This document shows, piece after piece, positions 10,207-20,369 of a stretch of DNA of 64,000 bases. Below the pieces are notes generated by a model. That model was not told the DNA's origin and ran no database searches. It saw only the letters and a program-made list of their open reading frames with translations. The first letter of the stretch is position 1; every line of letters starts with the position of its first letter. The DNA is from Bacteroidota bacterium (GTDB taxonomy: Bacteria; Bacteroidota; Bacteroidia; AKYH767-A; 2013-40CM-41-45): NCBI GenBank assembly GCA_043787975.1, contig JAYVUK010000071.1, positions 104,756 through 168,755 on the forward strand, written 5' to 3'. The position numbers and the translations under genes are program-made.

Positions 10207-10294
10207 TAGTAAGTGATTAGTGATTAGTTCGGAGTTGGGAGAAAAAATGAGGCTAAGGTCTCCGAGCTCCGAACTAATTGCTCATAACTCACTA
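10205..10294. repeat. AGT-heptamer-type imperfect palindrome
   Basis: Tandem heptamers agtgatt agtgatt agttcgg agttggg face their inverted copy. Core 12-bp stem attagttcggag / ctccgaactaat. Confidence 0.7.
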
Positions 10295-10304
10295 CATTTG
10301 CTCC

Positions 10305-11438
10305 ATGCTATTCAAGGACGTTACTGGTCAGCAAGCCATAAAGCAACGCCTGATCAATTCTGTAAAAGAAAACCGTGTCAGTCATGCACAGCTTTTTCTT
10401 GGACCGGAAGGATCAGGAAATCTTGCCATGGCAATTGCGTATGCGCAATACCTGGTTTGTGAAAATCAACAGGACGCAGATTCCTGCGGAACATGTTCGG
10501 CTTGCATTAAAATGAAAAAGTTGGTTCACCCTGACGTCACGTTTTCTTATCCTGTTGCAACGAAAGAGAAAATTACAAGGCCTAAGAGCGTTGATTTTAT
10601 AGAAGAATGGCGAAAAGCAGTGATCGAAAATCCGTATCAGAATTTTAATGATTGGGTTGAATCGCTAAACATCGAAAACAAACAGGGTATTATTTCGGTG
10701 GAAGAAAGCGCCGACATTCTTCGCAGGTTGAGTTTGAAAAGTGTGGAGTCAGGATATAAAATCGTCATCATCTGGCTGCCTGAAAAGCTGCACGTTTCTG
10801 CCGCTAATAAATTGTTGAAGATCATCGAAGAGCCGCCAGATCAGACCATCTTTATTTTAGTTGCGGAAAATCATGAGCAGATTATCAGCACGATTACTTC
10901 CCGCACACAACTCATAAAGATCAACCGGCTGAGTGATGAAGAATTGACAGGGAGCCTGATGAGCAGGCATGAGCTTCAGCGTGAAGCCGCAAAAAAAATT
11001 GTACATCGTGCTGATGGAAATTACCGTGAAGCATTGTTGCTGTTGAATCATGATCCGCAGGAAGATGACGATTCGCAGTTGTTTCTTGAATGGATGCGAA
11101 ACTGCCTGAAGTCAAATGTTTCCAACATTACTGAGTTCTCTGAATCCATGTCGAAAGTGGGTCGTGAAAAACAAAAAATGTTTTTGCAGACGGCTTTACA
11201 CATTGCACGCGAATGCCTGATGATGAACTATGCAGATCATTCGATGATACGGATGGAAGGAAAAGAACTGGAAGACTTCAAGCGGTTTTCTCCGTTTGTA
11301 AATAAAAACAATGCTGAACAATTTGTTGATGAATTGAACAAAGCTCATTTTCATCTCGAACGAAACGCCAATACCAGAATTCTTTTTACGGATCTTTCAT
11401 TCACGATGAATCGCCTGTTGCACATGAAACAGGTGTAA
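10305..11438 (+). CDS. holB: DNA polymerase III subunit delta-prime
   Basis: AAA+ clamp-loader fold with a Zn module CGTCSAC and SRTQ motif. Start moved to the ATG at 10305 because the 10278 start lies inside a repeat. Confidence 0.8.
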   Translation: MLFKDVTGQQAIKQRLINSVKENRVSHAQLFLGPEGSGNLAMAIAYAQYLVCENQQDADSCGTCSACIKMKKLVHPDVTFSYPVATKEKITRPKSVDFIEEWRKAVIENPYQNFNDWVESLNIENKQGIISVEESADILRRLSLKSVESGYKIVIIWLPEKLHVSAANKLLKIIEEPPDQTIFILVAENHEQIISTITSRTQLIKINRLSDEELTGSLMSRHELQREAAKKIVHRADGNYREALLLLNHDPQEDDDSQLFLEWMRNCLKSNVSNITEFSESMSKVGREKQKMFLQTALHIARECLMMNYADHSMIRMEGKELEDFKRFSPFVNKNNAEQFVDELNKAHFHLERNANTRILFTDLSFTMNRLLHMKQV

Positions 11439-11462
11439 AAATTTCTATTCCTTTTGAATATT

Positions 11463-11470
11463 TATCTTTG
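11463..11470 (+). promoter_or_regulatory. candidate -7 box (TATCTTTG)
   Basis: TAnnTTTG match 58 nt upstream of the PSP1 gene start. Confidence 0.35.
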
Positions 11471-11528
11471 TTCGATATGGGTTCTCATAATACAATTACC
11501 AATCTACTAATTAAGCAATTAACTAACT

Positions 11529-13076
11529 ATGGGATGTAGTTCATGCAGTACGGAAAAGGACGGAAAACCCGGTGGATGCCGTAGCAATGGAACTTGCGGA
11601 ACAGGAGGCTGTAACAAGCTGAATGTATACAATTGGCTTACCGACATGACACTGCCGATGGGACAAGCTCCTTATGATGTCGTGGAGGTTCGTTTCAAAG
11701 GAAGCCGGAAAGAATTTTTCCGCAACAAAGAAAATATTCCTCTTAAAACCGGTGATACTGTGGCTGTCGAAGCAATGCCCGGACACGATGTTGGCGTTGT
11801 TTCACTGGCGGGAGAACTGGTGCGTTTTCAACTGAAGAAAAAAGGATTGGATGATAATTCCGACCAGATAAAAGTACTTTACCGGAAAGCAAAACAAAGC
11901 GAACTAGAGAAGTGGTTCCAGGTAAAAGATAGTGAAGCAACTACATTGAGCCGCGCGCGGACAATTATTCAAAGCCTGAAGCTAAGTATGAAACTGAGTG
12001 ATGTGGAGTTTCAGGGCGATGGAAAAAAAGCTACTTTTTATTATACAGCGGATGACCGTGTTGACTTCCGTGAGTTGATCAGGAAACTGGCCGATGAATT
12101 TCATGTTCGCGTTGAGATGCGACAGATCGGAATGCGTCAGGAAGCAGGAAGACTCGGAGGACTCGGTTCATGCGGAAGAGAGTTATGTTGTTCCACATGG
12201 CTTGTTGATTTTAAAACGGTTTCGACAAGTGCAGCACGTTACCAGAATCTTGCGCTGAATCCTGCCAAGCTTGCCGGACAATGTGGGAAATTAAAATGCT
12301 GTCTCAACTATGAATTGGATAGTTACATGGATGCATTGAAAGATTTTCCGAAGACAAATGTTGTGCTTGAATCAGAAAAAGGAAGAGCATCTCATCGCAA
12401 GACCGACATCTTTAAACGAATGATGTGGTTTGGATACGACCAACTTGAAAGAACAGAAAGAAGAGAACGCCAGGAATCGGAAGGAGACAATTGGATTGCA
12501 TTGTCTGTTGATCGCGTAAATGAAGTAATCGCTCTTAACAAACAGCAAATAAAACCTGTCGACTTAAAAGAATTCGAAGAAGAAGAAATTGATACCACTC
12601 CTGATTTTGAAAATGTAGTTGGCCAGGATCGCATCGACAGGATGGATAAAACGGGCAAACGGAAAAAGAAGAAGAAAAAGAAAAGCGGGCAAGGTGGACA
12701 GCAACAGTTGCAGTCAGCGGGGCAGGCGCAGCCAACCGATCAGCAGCCGGCAAATCAATCACAGCAGGGAAAACCGGCGCAACAAAACCGCCCTCAGCAG
12801 CAGGGGCAACCGCAAAATCCAAATCAGCAAAACCGGAATCAGCAAAACAAAAATCGTCAGCAAGGTCAGCAACAGCGAAATCCGAATCAGCCGAACAAAC
12901 AAAACCAGCAGCAAAATAAACCGCAGCAATCGCAGCCGGCAGCTGGACAAGCACCAAAAAGTCCTGATCAGCAAAACAAACCGCAACAAGGACAACCGCA
13001 AAATCCAAATCAGCAAAACAGAAATCGTCCGCAACGTCAGCAGCCGCCTAAAAATCCTGAAACACCAAATCAATGA
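11529..13076 (+). CDS. PSP1 domain protein (RicT-like) with long K-rich then Q/N/P-rich C-terminal tail
   Basis: Cys-rich N-terminus and PSP1 core (FRELIRKLADEFHVRVEMRQIG...CCLNYE). The last ~140 aa are low complexity. Confidence 0.85.
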   Translation: MGCSSCSTEKDGKPGGCRSNGTCGTGGCNKLNVYNWLTDMTLPMGQAPYDVVEVRFKGSRKEFFRNKENIPLKTGDTVAVEAMPGHDVGVVSLAGELVRFQLKKKGLDDNSDQIKVLYRKAKQSELEKWFQVKDSEATTLSRARTIIQSLKLSMKLSDVEFQGDGKKATFYYTADDRVDFRELIRKLADEFHVRVEMRQIGMRQEAGRLGGLGSCGRELCCSTWLVDFKTVSTSAARYQNLALNPAKLAGQCGKLKCCLNYELDSYMDALKDFPKTNVVLESEKGRASHRKTDIFKRMMWFGYDQLERTERRERQESEGDNWIALSVDRVNEVIALNKQQIKPVDLKEFEEEEIDTTPDFENVVGQDRIDRMDKTGKRKKKKKKKSGQGGQQQLQSAGQAQPTDQQPANQSQQGKPAQQNRPQQQGQPQNPNQQNRNQQNKNRQQGQQQRNPNQPNKQNQQQNKPQQSQPAAGQAPKSPDQQNKPQQGQPQNPNQQNRNRPQRQQPPKNPETPNQ

Positions 13077-13555
13077 TCAAAAGTTTCAAGAAGTACAGTC
13101 ACATTGTTTTCTATTTTCTATTTTCTATTTTTCTTTCTTCCTGTGATCGCAATGTTGTGTTTGAAAAAAATGTAAAGCTCCCTGAAAACAAATGGGAGAT
13201 GAATAACATCATCAAGTTTGATGCTGAAATAAAAGACACGATTTCATTACACAACATTTATATCAATGTGAGAAATGCAGGGGGTTATCAATTCAGCAAC
13301 CTCTATTTATTCCTTAGCACACACACACCAAAAGGTGAAGATGCAAGAGACACCCTTGAATTAACACTTGCTGATGAACGTGGAAAGTGGCTCGGCATGG
13401 GCTCCGGCGATATCTGGGACAACCGTATTTTGTTGAAACAAAAATTTCGTTTCTCGGAATCGGGAATGTATCATTTTGAGATTCAGCAGGCGATGCGTAT
13501 CAATCCGCTTCCTCAAATCATGGATGCAGGATTGCGAATTGAAAAAGTAGAATAA
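13073..13555 (+). CDS. gldH: gliding motility lipoprotein GldH
   Basis: About 160-aa lipoprotein (LSSCDR) with the GldH-like block YINVRNAGGYQFSNLYLFL. ATGA overlap with the PSP1 gene. Confidence 0.7.
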   Translation: MIKSFKKYSHIVFYFLFSIFLSSCDRNVVFEKNVKLPENKWEMNNIIKFDAEIKDTISLHNIYINVRNAGGYQFSNLYLFLSTHTPKGEDARDTLELTLADERGKWLGMGSGDIWDNRILLKQKFRFSESGMYHFEIQQAMRINPLPQIMDAGLRIEKVE

Positions 13556-13667
13556 TCTGCCATTACAATTTCGATTCCTTTACTTTAACTTTTCTCTAAC
13601 ACCGATCATGTTCTCAAAGTAGTTTTTATATTCTATTTTCGTTTCCTCATTTCTAAAAACAAGTCAG

Positions 13668-15020
13668 ATGAAAAAAATATGTGCGTTTATGATTGTAGTG
13701 CTTTTGTTGTTTAGCGCTGCATTTGCGGGAAATGGAGTGGACGAAAAAATTCTTCCGTATCCGATTCATCAGAAAAAACTTGCCAACGGATTAAACGTGG
13801 TAACGATTCCTTACGACAGCCCGGGACTTGCGGCGTTTTACATTCTGATTCGCGCAGGATCGCGCGATGAGATTGAACCGGGACATACCGGCTTTGCGCA
13901 TTTCTTCGAACACATGATGTTTCGTGGTACAGTTAAGTATCCGAAAGAAAAATACAGCGAAGTGTTGAAGAGTACAGGAGCTTCAGCAAATGCGAATACA
14001 AGTGATGACCGTACACTTTATCACATGACCGGAAATGCCGAAAAACTTGAAACAATGTTTGAAGTGGAAGCTGATCGTTTCCAAAACCTGAAATATTCTG
14101 TGCAGGATTTTAAAACAGAAGCAGGTGCTGTAAAAGGAGAATACACAAAGAACTCGGCAAGTCCGTATAGTCAGTTGGATGAAAAAGTTTCAGAGACTGC
14201 ATTCAAAACTCACACCTACGCTCACACAACGATGGGATACTTCAAAGATATTGTTGACATGCCGAATCAATATGAATATTCCCTTGAATTCTTTAAACGC
14301 TTTTACCGTCCCGAATATGCGACTATCATTGTGGTTGGAGATGTAACACCTGAGAGAGTAGAGGCGCTGTCACAAAAGTATTTCGGTGCGTGGCAACATG
14401 GAAATTATGTTTCCAAAATTCCGCAAGAACCTGTTCAGAACGAAACACGATATGCGCATATTCAGAAAGCAGGTTTTCCTCCGTACCTGAATTTGAATTA
14501 TAAAGGACCGGCATTCGATGATAAAACAATGGATATGCCGGCGCTGGATGTCCTCTCGTCAATTTTATTTTCGGAAAAAAGCGAGCTGTATAAAAAACTT
14601 GTACTTAATGAGCAAAAAGTTCGTGGTATACAGGGCGGCGCGAATGATACTCGTGATCCGAATTTATTCAGCGTAGGTGCATCCTTAGTGAAAGCGGAAG
14701 ACTTGCAATATGTAAAAGATGAAATCACCAAGGCGCTTGAAAATGCAAAAGTGAAAAAAACGGACGCACAAGTGCTGGCTGATACAAAGTCGCATCTGAA
14801 ATACAGTTTCGCCATGAGCATTGACAATCCGACAGCCATTGCAGAGTCCATCTCGCATTACACATGGCTGACCGGGGATCCGGAATCACTCAATCGTTTG
14901 TACGCATTGTATGATAAAGTAACTGCTGAAGATTTGATCAAGGTGGCAAATAAATATTTTGTGAATACTGCTCTTACAGTAGCAACAATTTCTCCGTCTG
15001 CGGAAGTTGGCGTGAAATAA
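13668..15020 (+). CDS. M16 family zinc peptidase (active subunit)
   Basis: Signal peptide and inverted zinc motif HFFEHMMFRGT (HxxEH). Confidence 0.85.
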   Translation: MKKICAFMIVVLLLFSAAFAGNGVDEKILPYPIHQKKLANGLNVVTIPYDSPGLAAFYILIRAGSRDEIEPGHTGFAHFFEHMMFRGTVKYPKEKYSEVLKSTGASANANTSDDRTLYHMTGNAEKLETMFEVEADRFQNLKYSVQDFKTEAGAVKGEYTKNSASPYSQLDEKVSETAFKTHTYAHTTMGYFKDIVDMPNQYEYSLEFFKRFYRPEYATIIVVGDVTPERVEALSQKYFGAWQHGNYVSKIPQEPVQNETRYAHIQKAGFPPYLNLNYKGPAFDDKTMDMPALDVLSSILFSEKSELYKKLVLNEQKVRGIQGGANDTRDPNLFSVGASLVKAEDLQYVKDEITKALENAKVKKTDAQVLADTKSHLKYSFAMSIDNPTAIAESISHYTWLTGDPESLNRLYALYDKVTAEDLIKVANKYFVNTALTVATISPSAEVGVK

Positions 15021-15076
15021 AAATCAGGAAACAAAAAACAAATTCCGGTTGAACTTTTAAAACAAAAAAGAAACAT

Positions 15077-16672
15077 ATGAAATCAAAAATAGTTGCATCC
15101 CTCATCATTTTATTCGGAACGCTTTCTTCTTTTGCCCAGGAAGTGGTAGAACTGCCGATGCCGAAGTCGAACAAGGTGGTGATTAAGATCATGTTTAGGA
15201 ATGGCTCCATCTGTGATCCTGTCGGAAAGGAAGGTCTTACAGAATTAACAGCATCGCTGATGACAGAAGGCGGAACAAAAGACTTAACACATTCTCAGAT
15301 TACGGATAAAATTTATCCATGGTCGGCTTCTTATTATGGTTCCGTTGATAAAGAAGTTGTTGTGTTTACGTTTGAAGTTCCGAGAAATTTTCTGGATCAG
15401 TTTTATCCGATCATGAGGGGATTGTTGCTTACTCCGTCATTTACAAAAGACGACTTTGACAGGGTGAAATCAAACCAGCAGAATTATGTTGACCAAGTAG
15501 TTCGCGCCTCATCCGATGAAGAGTACAGCAAGAAAGCGCTTGAAGATTTTCTTTTCCGCGGAACCAATTACGAACATCTTGTTTCAGGCACCACTCAGGG
15601 ATTGAAATCCGTTACACTGGAAGATGTGAAATTGCAGTACAAGAATTTTTTCACGCGTTATAATGTTACCATCGGTATTGCCGGGGGATATTCTCCTGAA
15701 TTTCTTGAACGCCTGAAAGGAGACATGAGTGGCTTGTCACCTGTGAAACCGAATGTACCTGCTCCCGAAAAAGCAAAAATGCCGGATGGAATCAATGTTG
15801 AAATTGTTTCCAAAGAAAATGCGCTTGGCTCAGCCATCTTTGCCGGGTTCCCCATGAACATTACAAGAGGATACGATGATTTTGCTGCGCTCATGGTTGC
15901 TAATTCATGGCTAGGCGAACACCGTAAATCATATTCACGGTTGTATCAGAAAATTCGTGAAGCGCGTTCGATGAATTATGGTGATTACACCTACATCGAA
16001 TGGTATGAAAACGGTGGAAGCAACATGTTGCCTGCTCCCGGAGTTCCGCGGTCATCAAATTATTTCAGCATTTGGATTCGCCCTGTTCAAACGGCGAAAG
16101 GATTGAAAGGACAATATCCTGAATTGAATGACATCAGCATCGGTCATGCGCATTATGCATTTCGAATGGTCTTAAGAGAAATGGATGACCTCATTCAAAA
16201 AGGAATGACTCAGCAGAATTTTGAATTGACAAGAGATTTCCTCCGTAGCTACATGAAACTGTATGTTCAAAGTCCCGAGCGTCAATTAGGTTTCCTCATG
16301 GATTCTCATTTCTACGGTCGCACGGATTACATTGCTGAAATGGATAAGCTGCTTTCGAAACTTACACTTGCTGATGTGAATACAGCCATCAAAAAATACT
16401 GGCAGACAAAGAACATGGACATTCTCATCGTAACGGATAAGAGCGAAGCGGAGCCGCTTGCAAAAAGCCTGAGAGAAAATCTACCTTCTCCGATGTCTTA
16501 TTCAAACACACTGAAGTCAGCACTGTCAAATGATATTTTAGAAGAAGACAAAGTCGTGGAGAAATATCCGATGCCTGTGAAGAGTGTGAAAATTGTAAAC
16601 TCCGATGATACATTTCGCAGCACATCCGATCAAAAAGCAGGCAGCAGAGGTTTGTTAAAACTGGAGAAGTAA
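15077..16672 (+). CDS. M16 family peptidase-like protein (no HxxEH, probably non-catalytic partner)
   Basis: Signal peptide and M16 fold-like sequence without the zinc motif. Adjacent to the active M16 gene. Confidence 0.7.
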   Translation: MKSKIVASLIILFGTLSSFAQEVVELPMPKSNKVVIKIMFRNGSICDPVGKEGLTELTASLMTEGGTKDLTHSQITDKIYPWSASYYGSVDKEVVVFTFEVPRNFLDQFYPIMRGLLLTPSFTKDDFDRVKSNQQNYVDQVVRASSDEEYSKKALEDFLFRGTNYEHLVSGTTQGLKSVTLEDVKLQYKNFFTRYNVTIGIAGGYSPEFLERLKGDMSGLSPVKPNVPAPEKAKMPDGINVEIVSKENALGSAIFAGFPMNITRGYDDFAALMVANSWLGEHRKSYSRLYQKIREARSMNYGDYTYIEWYENGGSNMLPAPGVPRSSNYFSIWIRPVQTAKGLKGQYPELNDISIGHAHYAFRMVLREMDDLIQKGMTQQNFELTRDFLRSYMKLYVQSPERQLGFLMDSHFYGRTDYIAEMDKLLSKLTLADVNTAIKKYWQTKNMDILIVTDKSEAEPLAKSLRENLPSPMSYSNTLKSALSNDILEEDKVVEKYPMPVKSVKIVNSDDTFRSTSDQKAGSRGLLKLEK

Positions 16673-16721
16673 CACCGGTAGATTTAACCAGGCTACCTTT
16701 TTAACCTTTTCAGTATTCATC

Positions 16722-17444
16722 ATGACAGATCAGATTATCTTAATCAACAAGCCTTTTCGGTGGACATCATTTGATGTGGTTAGAAAGGTGCGTAATCTGT
16801 TGACTTCCAATATGAAATTGGCGAACCCTGAATTTCGGATCCGCAACTTCAAAGTTGGGCATGCTGGTACACTTGATCCTCTTGCAACAGGATTACTGAT
16901 TCTTTGCACAGGAAAAATGACCAAGCGGATTTCTGAAATTCAGGATGCTGAAAAGGAATACATCGGTTCCTTTATGATTGGCTCCACAACTCCTTCCTAT
17001 GATTTGGAAACCGAAGTGAGTGAAGTGCAGGACTATTCAACTATCACCGAACAGATAGTCAGGGAAACTGCAAAAAAATTGACTGGAAAAATTCTTCAAA
17101 CGCCGCCGGCTCATTCTGCAGTTAAAATTGGAGGAGTGAGGGCTTATACAAAAGCAAGAAAAGGAGAATCCGTTGAGTTAAAATCCAAAGAGGTTCATAT
17201 TAAGGAGTTTGAAATCACCGCTATTGATTTGCCACGAATAGATGTACGTGTCGTGTGCACCAAGGGAACTTATATCCGCTCCCTGGCGAACGATTTTGGA
17301 AAAGAGTTAGGTTGTGGAGCGCATCTTTCTGCGCTTTGCAGAACCCGTATCGGCAATTACCTCATAAAAGACTCTTTTTTAATGGAAGACTTTATATCCC
17401 AATATCAATCAGAAAATAATCTTTCAAGGGAAGTAGTCTCTTAA
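16722..17444 (+). CDS. truB: tRNA pseudouridine(55) synthase
   Basis: Catalytic motif GHAGTLDPLATGLL and TruB-type C-terminal region. Confidence 0.9.
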   Translation: MTDQIILINKPFRWTSFDVVRKVRNLLTSNMKLANPEFRIRNFKVGHAGTLDPLATGLLILCTGKMTKRISEIQDAEKEYIGSFMIGSTTPSYDLETEVSEVQDYSTITEQIVRETAKKLTGKILQTPPAHSAVKIGGVRAYTKARKGESVELKSKEVHIKEFEITAIDLPRIDVRVVCTKGTYIRSLANDFGKELGCGAHLSALCRTRIGNYLIKDSFLMEDFISQYQSENNLSREVVS

Positions 17445-17489
17445 ACATTTTTATTTTATAAAATACTTTACAAGGGCTTTTTGTTGTAT

Positions 17490-17497
17490 TATATTTG
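17490..17497 (+). promoter_or_regulatory. candidate -7 box (TATATTTG)
   Basis: TAnnTTTG match 48 nt upstream of queA. Confidence 0.35.
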
Positions 17498-17545
17498 CGC
17501 CCCTCAATTTGACTATTGCCATTTTTTTATACTAAATCCTAAGAA

Positions 17546-18595
17546 ATGAAATTATCCCAGTTCAAAATCCATGTTCCTGATACTTTAATTGCTACTCATC
17601 CTGCAAAAATTCGCGGAGAATCGCGCTTAATGGTTCTTGATAGAAAAACAGGAAAGATTGAACATAAAATATTTAAAGACATCCTCGGCTACTTTGGTGA
17701 TGGTGATACAATGGTCGTGAACAACACCCGTGTTTTTCCTGCCCGTTTATATGGCAACAAGGAAAAAACGGGAGCTAAGATTGAAGTATTCCTGTTGCGC
17801 GAACTCAACCGCGAAAGCCGTCTTTGGGATGTGTTGGTTGATCCTGCACGTAAAATTCGTATTGGCAATAAACTTTATTTCGGAGACGATGATTTACTCG
17901 TTGCGGAAGTAATCGACAACACCACGTCACGTGGCAGAACGCTTCGTTTTTTGTTTGATGGTACGTACGATGAATTCAAAAAGGCAATCACGGTGCTTGG
18001 TCACACACCTATTCCTAAATATATCAAACGCAAAGCAGAACCTGAGGATGTGGAACGTTACCAGACTGTTTTTGCAAAGCATGAGGGAGCAGTCGCTGCT
18101 CCTACGGCAGGTTTGCACTTCAGTAACGAACTCATGAAGCGCCTCGAATTAAAGGGAGTTAATTTTGCAGAGTTGACATTGCATATCGGTCTCGGAACTT
18201 TTCGTCCGGTGGAGGTAGAGGATCTTACCAAACACAAAATGGATTCGGAACAGGTAATTATTTCGTCAGAATGTTGCGATATTGTGAATAAAGCAAAAGC
18301 AAAGAAGAAGAAAATTTGTGCAGTGGGAACTACATCCATGCGTGCAATTGAAACTTCTGTTTCCACGCAAGGTGAAATAAAACCATACGATGGATGGACT
18401 AACAAATTTATTTTTCCGCCTTACGATTTCAACGTTGCCAATTGCATGATTACTAATTTCCACATGCCGGAATCTACGTTGCTTATGATGGTAGCTGCTT
18501 TCGGTGGCTATGAACATGTGATGCATGCGTACAAAGTTGCTGTCAAAGAGAAATACAAATTTTACAGTTACGGTGACGCGATGATGATCATTTGA
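17546..18595 (+). CDS. queA: S-adenosylmethionine:tRNA ribosyltransferase-isomerase
   Basis: Full-length QueA pattern ([27 protein letters not shown]). Confidence 0.95.
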   Translation: MKLSQFKIHVPDTLIATHPAKIRGESRLMVLDRKTGKIEHKIFKDILGYFGDGDTMVVNNTRVFPARLYGNKEKTGAKIEVFLLRELNRESRLWDVLVDPARKIRIGNKLYFGDDDLLVAEVIDNTTSRGRTLRFLFDGTYDEFKKAITVLGHTPIPKYIKRKAEPEDVERYQTVFAKHEGAVAAPTAGLHFSNELMKRLELKGVNFAELTLHIGLGTFRPVEVEDLTKHKMDSEQVIISSECCDIVNKAKAKKKKICAVGTTSMRAIETSVSTQGEIKPYDGWTNKFIFPPYDFNVANCMITNFHMPESTLLMMVAAFGGYEHVMHAYKVAVKEKYKFYSYGDAMMII

Positions 18596-18662
18596 GTTTA
18601 ATATTTCAAGTTATTGAAGTATTCGACAGCCTTAAACTTTGAACCTTTATCCATAAACTATT

Positions 18663-19343
18663 TTGAAGAAGTATGTCATCATTGTAGCCGGAGGAAGCGG
18701 GAACAGGATGAATGCCGGTGTTCCAAAACAATTCTTGTTGCTGTCGGGCAGACCGGTTTTAATGCATACCATTCAACGCTTCTTCGAAGCAGATCCTTCT
18801 GCAAATAGTATTGTTGCTCTTCCCCAAAATGAAATCAGCACGTGGAAAGAATTGTGTGCGCAACATTCGTTTACAATTTCTCATCAAATAGCTGAAGGCG
18901 GAGAAACCCGTTTTCATTCTGTGAAAAATGCGTTGACGATGGTGAAAGAAAAATCAATCGTAGCCATTCATGATGGAGTGCGACCTTTTGTAAGTGTAGA
19001 TTTAATCAATCGAAGTTTTTCAGAAGCCGAAAAATTCGGGAATGCAGTTCCTGCAGTTCCCGTGAATGACTCCCTGCGGAAAGTTGAAGGAGAGCATAAT
19101 GAAATTGCTGACCGTAGTTCTTTTGTCACCATACAAACACCCCAATGTTTTGGCTCCGAAATTCTGAAAGAAGCTTATACCGCTGACTACAGGGATATTT
19201 TTACCGATGATGCAAACGTTGTTGAGTTTCACGGACAACCAATTCATCTGATGGAAGGTGAAAGAGAGAATATTAAAATCACCTTTCCGGTTGATTTAAT
19301 AATTGGCGAAGAAATTTTGAAAAAAAATTTTCCCGGAAAATAA
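18663..19343 (+). CDS. ispD: 2-C-methyl-D-erythritol 4-phosphate cytidylyltransferase
   Basis: N-terminal VAGGSGNRM and IHDGVRPF motifs. TTG start. Confidence 0.9.
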   Translation: MKKYVIIVAGGSGNRMNAGVPKQFLLLSGRPVLMHTIQRFFEADPSANSIVALPQNEISTWKELCAQHSFTISHQIAEGGETRFHSVKNALTMVKEKSIVAIHDGVRPFVSVDLINRSFSEAEKFGNAVPAVPVNDSLRKVEGEHNEIADRSSFVTIQTPQCFGSEILKEAYTADYRDIFTDDANVVEFHGQPIHLMEGERENIKITFPVDLIIGEEILKKNFPGK

Positions 19344-19396
19344 AAAGAGTGTCAGAAAATTTTCCCAACACTATTTCATTTTTAATTTTTCCCGGA

Positions 19397-20290
19397 CTAA
19401 GATTGTCCGCCTTCTTCTTTTCTTCTTAAGATTGGCATTACACCGGCCATCTCACCAATCACATTGATCAGTTCTTTATCAGAAGGTACAATAATTTTTG
19501 AATTGTTGGAAAGGGCTTTTTCCAATGCTTCCAACTTGCGAAGAGTTTGTGCATTGCCGATGAAATATTTTTCAGCAGCTTCATTCACCAATGCGATGGC
19601 CTGCGCTTCTCCTTCTGCACGCAATATGTTCGCAATCTTGATCCCTTCAGCTTTTTTTATTTCTGCACGCTTCTCACCATCAGCGCGGGTTTCTACAGCC
19701 GTTGCAAAATCAATGGCAGCCATTTTCTCATTCTCAGCTTTCACAATTTTATTCATCGTTTCCTGTACATCTTTTGGAGGATCAATTTCTTTCAATTCAG
19801 TTCGTACAATTTCCACTCCCCAAAGAACAGTTTCTTCCAACAAGGTCGTATAAAGACTTTTGTTGATCTTACCACGCTCACTGTTGGCAGATTTCAATGT
19901 CATCGTTCCAATGATATTCCGCAACGTAGTGCGCGCAAGATTTACGATCTGGTAATTGATGTTATTCACGTTGTACTGCGAATTTTTCACATCGTCTTCC
20001 ATCGGCTTTATTTTAAAATAGACCTGCGCATCCACACTTGCATTCAGGTTATCATACGTGATTATTTCCTGCTTCTCTGCATTGATCATCTGCTCCGTGG
20101 TATTGATCTGGTACATGCGATCAATGAAAGGAATGATCCAGTGAAAACCTGGTTCTGCAAAGTGATGGTATTTACCGAGTCGTTCGATCATCCCGCGGTG
20201 TGTCGGGCGCACAATGCGAACGCCAAGAAAGAATAGAACAATTACACCAATGACAATAGGTGTAAGACCAAGAGTTGTAGATGCATCCAT
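19397..20290 (-). CDS. SPFH/band-7 (stomatin-prohibitin-like) membrane protein
   Basis: TM segment then SPFH domain and an Ala/Glu-rich coiled coil. Start set at ATG 20290 (MDASTT...) because the upstream extension is translated repeat DNA. Confidence 0.85.
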   Translation of the reverse strand: MDASTTLGLTPIVIGVIVLFFLGVRIVRPTHRGMIERLGKYHHFAEPGFHWIIPFIDRMYQINTTEQMINAEKQEIITYDNLNASVDAQVYFKIKPMEDDVKNSQYNVNNINYQIVNLARTTLRNIIGTMTLKSANSERGKINKSLYTTLLEETVLWGVEIVRTELKEIDPPKDVQETMNKIVKAENEKMAAIDFATAVETRADGEKRAEIKKAEGIKIANILRAEGEAQAIALVNEAAEKYFIGNAQTLRKLEALEKALSNNSKIIVPSDKELINVIGEMAGVMPILRRKEEGGQS

Positions 20291-20369
20291 GATACTGAAA
20301 TTTTGAGTAAATGTATAAAAATTAATGGCGGATATTTTTTGAATGTTTTTATCAAAACGAGTTTCAAAT

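Noticed and set aside
12535-13146. Three long ORFs (12535..13008 minus, 12619..13146 plus, 12759..13073 minus) overlapping the 3' end of the PSP1 gene
   Set aside because: They lie entirely in the CAG/CAA/AAC-rich low-complexity tail and translate to monotonous L/R/F/I- or R/K/S/N-rich strings. They are artefacts of the repeat composition, while the PSP1 frame is continuous with a conserved domain.
16790-16850. Slightly longer segment in TruB (..LLTSNMKLANPEFRIRNFKVGHAG..) considered as another repeat insertion
   Set aside because: The underlying DNA shows no heptamer periodicity, no palindrome and no similarity to the repeat families, so it is probably ordinary lineage-specific loop sequence.
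19547-20236. 229-aa ORF on the plus strand antisense to the SPFH gene, and similar antisense ORFs in dnaX (21611..22168), gcvP (26683..27255), the S41 peptidase (52261..52749) and sprA/ruvA (62385..63014)
   Set aside because: There are no recognisable motifs, the composition is odd (Phe/Ile/Cys/His-rich), and each is fully overlapped by a strongly supported gene on the other strand.
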